Part shown: positions 58,827 to 64,000 of the stretch, in pieces
Numbering within the stretch: the stretch's first letter is position 1
Layout: each line of letters opens with the position of its first letter
Source: a virus
Lineage: Duplodnaviria; Heunggongvirae; Uroviricota; Caudoviricetes
Reading direction: 5' to 3' (one strand)
Virus record (IMG/VR): IMGVR_UViG_2718217859_000011
Span: 1 to 64,000 of that record
DNA: 64,000 nucleotides
Notes under the pieces: generated by a model
What the model was told of the DNA's origin: nothing
The model's input: the letters and a program-made list of their open reading frames with translations, nothing else
The model's database searches: none
Position numbers and translations under genes: made by a program

Positions 58827-60240
58827 AATTCAGTTTGACACCATTTCGGGCGGCATCCGTAAGCCCGGTGTGCATTTTGAGTTCAATACCCGGCTGGCCG
58901 TTAACACGCTGCCGGGTAACGAACAGCGTGTTCTGGTGATTGGCCCGATGCTGTCAGGCGGCACCGCCACGCCCCTGAATGCGGTTTCCGTGTATTCCGA
59001 AGACGAAGCGGATTTGTATTTCGGGGCCGGTTCGCTGGCCGCTGCAATGGCGCGCGCGGCTATTAATGCCAACAGCTATCTGCAACTGGATGTTATCGGT
59101 ATTGCAGACAGTGGCGCAGGAAAGGCAGCAACCGGCGCGGTTACCGTCAACGGTACGGCAATCAGCAGCGGCACACTGTCGGTATGGGTTGCTGGTGAGC
59201 AGGTCACGGTGGATGTGGAAACCGGCGATGAACCGTCGAAAATCATTCCTGCACTGGTGGAGGCAATGACGCAGACGCCATCGCTTCTGGTCACGGGGGA
59301 ATACAAATCAGAAGCCTCTCAGCTGACGGTGACCACCCGGACCAAAGGAGCCTGGGGGAATGACATTACCCTGTCAGCATCCACCACGGCAGGTGGTCTG
59401 ACCGTGAGCGCCACGCCGATGGCGAACGGTGAAATGGACCCGGATATTCAGCCCGCACTGGATGCGGTCTTTGCCGCCGGTCACAACATTCTGATTTGTC
59501 CGTTCAGTACCACGCCAGCCCTTGCCGCCCTGAAGCAGCATCTGGAGAAAACCGGGAACGCGATGGAACAGCGCGGCGCGATTGGCTGTGCGGGCTGGAC
59601 GGGCAGTCTCGGAAACGGGATCACCCTGGCAGCCGGTGTGAACAGCGGGCGCGTGTCCGTCCCCTGGTATCGCGGCTCCGTGAAGCTGCCAGCGGTACTG
59701 GCTGCCATCTACGGCGCTGTGATGGCGGGCGAGGAAGACCCGGCGCGTCCGCTGAACTCGCTGGCGCTGTCCGGGCTGGATGTGGTCGCCATGTCACAGC
59801 GTGAAAGCCGTAACGAGCAGGAAAACGCCCTGCATAACGGCCTGACGCCGGTTGAGGTTGGCCCGGGTAACACGGTGCAGATTGTGCGTGCGGTCAGTAC
59901 GTACACGGTTAACGCACAGGGCGTGACTGACGTCTCGTTACTGGATATCACGTCCATCAGAACGCTGGACTACACCCGCAAGGCGTGCCGCGAACGCATC
60001 AGCCTTCGCTTCCCGCGCGAAAAACTCAGCACCCGCACTATCGCAAAAGTGGAAAGCGAACTGTATGACGTGCTGATTAAGCTGGAGGAAGCGGAAATTC
60101 TGGAGAACGTGGAAGCGAACAAGGCAAAGCTGCGCGTTCAGCGAAACGGGAAAGATGCAAACCGTCTCGACTGCGTGGTTCCGGCGGATGTGGTTAACGG
60201 CCTGCATGTGTTTGCCGGTCGCATCGACATGATTTTGTAA
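58819..60240 (+). CDS. tail sheath protein
   Basis: 473 aa directly before tube and tape-measure genes; Mu L position. Confidence 0.85.
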   Translation: MSEIQFDTISGGIRKPGVHFEFNTRLAVNTLPGNEQRVLVIGPMLSGGTATPLNAVSVYSEDEADLYFGAGSLAAAMARAAINANSYLQLDVIGIADSGAGKAATGAVTVNGTAISSGTLSVWVAGEQVTVDVETGDEPSKIIPALVEAMTQTPSLLVTGEYKSEASQLTVTTRTKGAWGNDITLSASTTAGGLTVSATPMANGEMDPDIQPALDAVFAAGHNILICPFSTTPALAALKQHLEKTGNAMEQRGAIGCAGWTGSLGNGITLAAGVNSGRVSVPWYRGSVKLPAVLAAIYGAVMAGEEDPARPLNSLALSGLDVVAMSQRESRNEQENALHNGLTPVEVGPGNTVQIVRAVSTYTVNAQGVTDVSLLDITSIRTLDYTRKACRERISLRFPREKLSTRTIAKVESELYDVLIKLEEAEILENVEANKAKLRVQRNGKDANRLDCVVPADVVNGLHVFAGRIDMIL

Positions 60241-60252
60241 GGAGCGCGGTAA

Positions 60253-60627
60253 ATGTCCATTAAAGAATATGTCGGCTCGATTGTGCTGGAGGTGGACAGC
60301 CAGGAAATCGAGATCACCGACTTCGATGTTCAGATCAACACCGGGCGAAAGCTGGTCAAGACCATGAACAAAACTGGCAGGGCAAAAGGCTTTGCCCGTG
60401 GCATTGCCACTTACGATATTTCAGTTTCGGCGGTTATCCCTGATACCAACGAGCCGGACTGGGAAAATCTGGAAGGTGTGAAAATTTCAATTTATCCGCT
60501 CAGCAACAGCGGCAAGCGCACCTCCTATCTGGACTGCTTCACTGTTGAAGTGGGTGAGAAATACACCGTCGACAGTGAAGCGAAAATTGATATCAAAATG
60601 GCTGCACTCAGGAAGGTGACAGGATGA
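60253..60627 (+). CDS. tail tube protein
   Basis: 124 aa after the sheath gene. Confidence 0.75.
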   Translation: MSIKEYVGSIVLEVDSQEIEITDFDVQINTGRKLVKTMNKTGRAKGFARGIATYDISVSAVIPDTNEPDWENLEGVKISIYPLSNSGKRTSYLDCFTVEVGEKYTVDSEAKIDIKMAALRKVTG

Positions 60628-61007
60628 CTTTGATTAATACACAGACCGGCGAACTGTCTGATGGCGTGGTATTTAACGGCACCGTTCATAAAAACTTTGA
60701 GCTGCGTCTGCCGGTCATGCGTGATAACGGGCAGGCACTGGAAGAAACCGAAGAACGCTTTCAGACGGTGGACGGCTTCGCGGCAGATTATTACTACCGT
60801 TGCGCAGTGATGGCGGCAACGCTGGTCCGTCTTGGGGATATCCCGCAGGAAGAACTGACGGCGGATCTGTTGCACGACAACATGACGCCGGACGATTTTA
60901 ATATTCTGCTGGCATCACGCAACGTCCTGAAGGTAAAGCGGAACGGCGGGAATCCCGGCTCGCCGGACTCCGGCTCGCAGTCCTTATCCTCGGGCGCTAC
61001 GGAATAA
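60624..61007 (+). CDS. tail assembly chaperone
   Basis: 127-aa acidic protein between tube and tape measure. Confidence 0.5.
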   Translation: MTLINTQTGELSDGVVFNGTVHKNFELRLPVMRDNGQALEETEERFQTVDGFAADYYYRCAVMAATLVRLGDIPQEELTADLLHDNMTPDDFNILLASRNVLKVKRNGGNPGSPDSGSQSLSSGATE

Positions 61008-61021
61008 CCGAAGAGCAAATC

Positions 61022-61180
61022 ATGACCATGAGCCGTCCCGAGCTGGACGGCTGGCTTGCCGCCGTTGACAGGCTGAACGGCGGCGGTTCAGGAAGAAAGG
61101 ACACCTCACAGACCACCCGCCAGTCATTTAAATCCCTCAGAAAGAAACGCAGAAAAGGTAAGCAGAAAAATGGCCGGTAA
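61022..61180 (+). CDS. small basic ORF (possible chaperone frameshift extension)
   Basis: Untracked 52-aa ORF with KKRRKGKQK tail, in the -1 frame relative to the chaperone, overlapping the tape-measure start. Confidence 0.25.
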   Translation: MTMSRPELDGWLAAVDRLNGGGSGRKDTSQTTRQSFKSLRKKRRKGKQKNGR

Positions 61181-63176
61181 TTTCAAAGTTGGCATGACCC
61201 TGACTGCGAAGGACGAAGCCTCGCAGGTTCTGGAAAAGGGACAAAAACAGGTTATCAAAGCCACCGAAGGTGTAACAAAGGCAACACGGAAGGCAGGCGC
61301 AGAGCAGAAGCGTACCGAGCAGGAAAGCATTAACAGCACGAAAAAGGCCGCAAAAGAGATACAGCGTGCCGCCCGTGCCCGGGAAACGCTCGGTATTCGT
61401 GCAGAACGTGAAATCCGGCGTGAAATTTATCAGACAGTTGCCAGCTATAACCGTCTGGCCCGCGCCGGTTTTGAATCTGCGCAGGAGCAGGAGCGCGCCA
61501 TGCAGGCCGCCCGGGAAAAAGCCCGGGCACTCAAGCGTGAACTGGATGGCGTCACTCAGGCTCAGATGAAGATGGCGAAAACACCTGTTATCCCGGAGCC
61601 GGGGCGTTTTGCACGTGCGGCAGCATTTGGCGGGAATGCCGTGACAATAGGTGGTGGTATCGCGGCAGGTGCTGCCATTATGGCGCAGCCGGTCAAAAAG
61701 CAGATGAGCTACGAACGCCAGCTGGCAATGATGGCCAATACCGCCTTCAGTGATGGCGGACTGGAGGGGCGCAAAGCCGGTCTTGAGCAGATGAAAAGCA
61801 GCATCCGTAACGCGGTGACCTATGGTGGCGGCACAAAAGAGGATGCAGCCGAAACACTGGATGCCCTGCTGAAAGATGGCGGTATTTCATTTGACACAGC
61901 CAGCAAGTGGCTGCCTGAACTGATGAAATACGCCACGGCTTCCGGTGCATCAGCGACAGACCTGGCTAATGTGATGCTTAAGGGCAAAAAGACTTTTGGA
62001 TTCAGGGATGAAGATATTTCCACCGTTCTGAATATGGCAATTGCAGCGGGCAAAGAAGGCAGCTTTGAACTGAGCGACATGGCCCGATGGTTATCTTCGC
62101 AACTGGGGTCAGCGTCAGCTGCGGGGATGAAAGGCAAAGATGATTTCGTCAAGATTCTGGCACTGAATGAAGCTGCTGCCATCACGGCGGGAAGCAGTGA
62201 TGAGGCCGGAAATAACGTGTTTAACCTGCTGGCTAAACTGACCAGCCACGATATTGAAACAGCGGCAAAGAGCATTGATTACAACGGTAAAGGAATTGAT
62301 TTTTCCGGTACGCTGGTTCAGGCGCGCGAGCATGGGCTTGATCCGATAGATGCGCTGTCCAGCCTGATAGACAAAATCGTTGCCAGCGATAAACGCTTTC
62401 AGGAGTTGCAAAAGAAACTGGCCTCCGCCCGGGATAAAGGTGAGCAGACGGCTGTTTACGATTCGATGGCAAAACTCCTTGAAGGCTTTGGTGTCGGGAA
62501 ACTGGTTGCAGACCAACAGGCGTTAAAAGCGTTGCTGGCTTACCGTAACAACCCTGAATACCGCAAGAAGGTTGAAGATGCGGTTAATCAGCAGCGCACC
62601 CTGCCGGAAGGTCAGCGCGCGGGTGATGTGGATTTTAACTTCATATCCGGCCTCAATGACTTTAAAACCGAACAGGCTAAAAACACGCTTGAATTTTCAC
62701 AAATGGATGGTGTGAAAAAACTGGCTGATGCATCCGGGACTGTGGCCGATGCCATAAGCTGGGCGGGTGAAAAATTTCCGGGGCTGACCACAGCAGTGGT
62801 GACAGCTACCACAGCCATTAAAGCGATGACAGCAGCGGCCGTCACGTTTGCGGGGCTGAAACTTATTACCGGTAATCCAGTGTCCGGAGGAGCAGATAAG
62901 CCCGATGATACTGGGGATACTGCATCCAAAGTTAAAGATATCAGTGAAGTCGCTTCCGGCAATCAGGGACGTCTGGGAAAAATAATGGGCGCTGCCGGAA
63001 AAATTGCAACCATTTACGCAGGCTATGAGGCCGCAGAAGAACTTTATGGGGCTGTTGTTGGCGATACCATCAAGAACTTTACAGATAATCATGGTTTGTT
63101 TTTTGCAGACGATGGCTCCTTGTTCTTTACCCGTGAAGGAATGCTTAAAGTAAGCGACTCGTCAGAACCGTATTGA
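61170..63176 (+). CDS. tail tape measure protein (3' end runs into IS66)
   Basis: 668-aa Ala/Lys-rich coiled-coil ORF; its last ~9 codons lie inside the IS66 terminal sequence. Confidence 0.8.
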   Translation: MAGNFKVGMTLTAKDEASQVLEKGQKQVIKATEGVTKATRKAGAEQKRTEQESINSTKKAAKEIQRAARARETLGIRAEREIRREIYQTVASYNRLARAGFESAQEQERAMQAAREKARALKRELDGVTQAQMKMAKTPVIPEPGRFARAAAFGGNAVTIGGGIAAGAAIMAQPVKKQMSYERQLAMMANTAFSDGGLEGRKAGLEQMKSSIRNAVTYGGGTKEDAAETLDALLKDGGISFDTASKWLPELMKYATASGASATDLANVMLKGKKTFGFRDEDISTVLNMAIAAGKEGSFELSDMARWLSSQLGSASAAGMKGKDDFVKILALNEAAAITAGSSDEAGNNVFNLLAKLTSHDIETAAKSIDYNGKGIDFSGTLVQAREHGLDPIDALSSLIDKIVASDKRFQELQKKLASARDKGEQTAVYDSMAKLLEGFGVGKLVADQQALKALLAYRNNPEYRKKVEDAVNQQRTLPEGQRAGDVDFNFISGLNDFKTEQAKNTLEFSQMDGVKKLADASGTVADAISWAGEKFPGLTTAVVTATTAIKAMTAAAVTFAGLKLITGNPVSGGADKPDDTGDTASKVKDISEVASGNQGRLGKIMGAAGKIATIYAGYEAAEELYGAVVGDTIKNFTDNHGLFFADDGSLFFTREGMLKVSDSSEPY

Positions 63177-64000
63177 TATTTACTGAGAGCTCAGATCAAC
63201 TTTCCAGGGCAACAGATCGCGTACCCGGTTTGCCGGCCAGTCCTGGATATGTTCAATGACGTAACGCAGCCACTTTTCTGGCTCCACATTGTTCAGACGG
63301 CATGTGCCGATCAGCGAGTACAACACCGCCGCATGTTCACCACCGCTGTCGGAACCCGCGAACATCCAGTTTTTCCGGCCTACGGCCACTCCCCGTAAGG
63401 CGTTCTCTGCGATGTTGTTGTCGATTTCCACCCAGCCATTACTGCAGTACACGTTCAGTGCATCCCACTGTTTCAGCAGGTATGCGAACGCTTTTGCCGT
63501 ATCTGAGTGACGCGACAGTGTTTTCATCTGTTGCTGTATCCAGTCATACAGTGACTGCATCAGTGGCGCGGCTCTGGCTTTTCTTGCCGCCAGACGCTGT
63601 TCTGCTGAACAGCCCCGGACCTCTGCCTCGATGGCATACAGTTCACCGATACGCTGCAGGGCTTCCGTGGTGATGTAGGTGGGCGCTCTTGCATGCACAT
63701 CGTGGATTTTTCTCCGGGCATGAGCCATACACGCGGCTTCCGTTATTCTGCCGGATTCGTATAACGCCCGGTAACCACCGTAAGCATCGGCCTGAAGCAC
63801 ACCGCTGTAACCGGCCAGGTGATTTTGTGGATGGATACCTTTCCGGTCCGGACTGTACGCGAACCAGACCGCCGGGGGCATCTGTGAACCGGCGTTACGG
63901 TCATCACGGACGTAGACCCACAGCCGGGCTGTCCGGGTTTTACCGCTGCCCGGCTCCTGGACCGGGACGGGGATATCATCAGCATGGACTTTACCGGGCA
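63150..64000 (-). mobile_element. IS66-family insertion sequence, one end (rest beyond window)
   Basis: GTAAGCG terminal sequence at ~63150 next to the transposase stop. Confidence 0.7.
63180..64000 (-). CDS. IS66-family transposase (TnpC), 5'-partial
   Basis: Frame open to the window edge; [31 protein letters not shown]...[14 protein letters not shown] recalled as IS66 TnpC-like. Confidence 0.85.
   Translation of the reverse strand, partial: PGKVHADDIPVPVQEPGSGKTRTARLWVYVRDDRNAGSQMPPAVWFAYSPDRKGIHPQNHLAGYSGVLQADAYGGYRALYESGRITEAACMAHARRKIHDVHARAPTYITTEALQRIGELYAIEAEVRGCSAEQRLAARKARAAPLMQSLYDWIQQQMKTLSRHSDTAKAFAYLLKQWDALNVYCSNGWVEIDNNIAENALRGVAVGRKNWMFAGSDSGGEHAAVLYSLIGTCRLNNVEPEKWLRYVIEHIQDWPANRVRDLLPWKVDLSSQ

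Larger units (their letters stand above)
36718..63149 (+). mobile_element. Mu-like transposable prophage (left end in window; right part cut by IS66)
   Basis: Leftward repressor, then ner, DDE transposase A, ATPase B, early small genes, Mor-family activator, lysis, terminase, portal, head, sheath, tube, tape measure all on plus strand in Mu order. Confidence 0.7.

Noticed and set aside
63743-63985. 80-aa ORF inside the IS66 transposase region
   Set aside because: Alternative frame of the same strand as the transposase, whose frame is open throughout; spurious.
1-64000. Integrase, attL/attR, rRNA genes or CRISPR-cas
   Set aside because: No integrase-like ORF, rRNA-like sequence or spacer-repeat array was seen; prophage boundaries cannot be placed within this window.

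Overview
64-kb window of enterobacterial (E. coli-like) prophage DNA with nested mobile elements. (i) 1 to ~36.7 kb: a lambda-like prophage on the minus strand: tfa, stf, lom, J, I, K, L, M, H, G/T (GGGAAAG slippery site), V, U, Z, FII, FI, E, D, C/Nu3, B (split by a frameshift), W, A, Nu1, a lambda-type cos site at ~22.55 kb, then Rz/Rz1, SAR endolysin and S21-type pinholin, a Q-to-S cargo region (TerB-like gene, three tRNAs, orphan DNA methyltransferase, AT-rich membrane protein), antiterminator Q and a nin-like region (two RusA, DUF968, KilA-N gene behind an SOS box, LexA DNA-binding-domain paralogue, PerC-like). (ii) ~36.7 to 63.15 kb: a Mu-like transposable prophage on the plus strand (repressor, ner, transposase A, B, small early genes, Mor-family activator, lysis genes, terminase, portal, head, sheath, tube, tape measure) that appears to have inserted into a lambdoid gene. 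(iii) 63.15 to 64.0 kb: the end of an IS66-family element whose transposase runs off the window and which abuts the Mu-like tape-measure gene. No rRNA, CRISPR array or integrase was seen. The best candidates for an undescribed system are the two-gene insert between holin and endolysin, the TerB plus micro-membrane ORF pair downstream of the tRNAs, the AT-rich polytopic membrane protein after Q, and the SOS-box/KilA-N/LexA-like cluster; none could be assigned a function from sequence alone. All calls come from reading the sequence, the ORF track and recalled protein families; no searches were run, GC differences are by eye, and hand-derived coordinates may be off by 1-2 nt.
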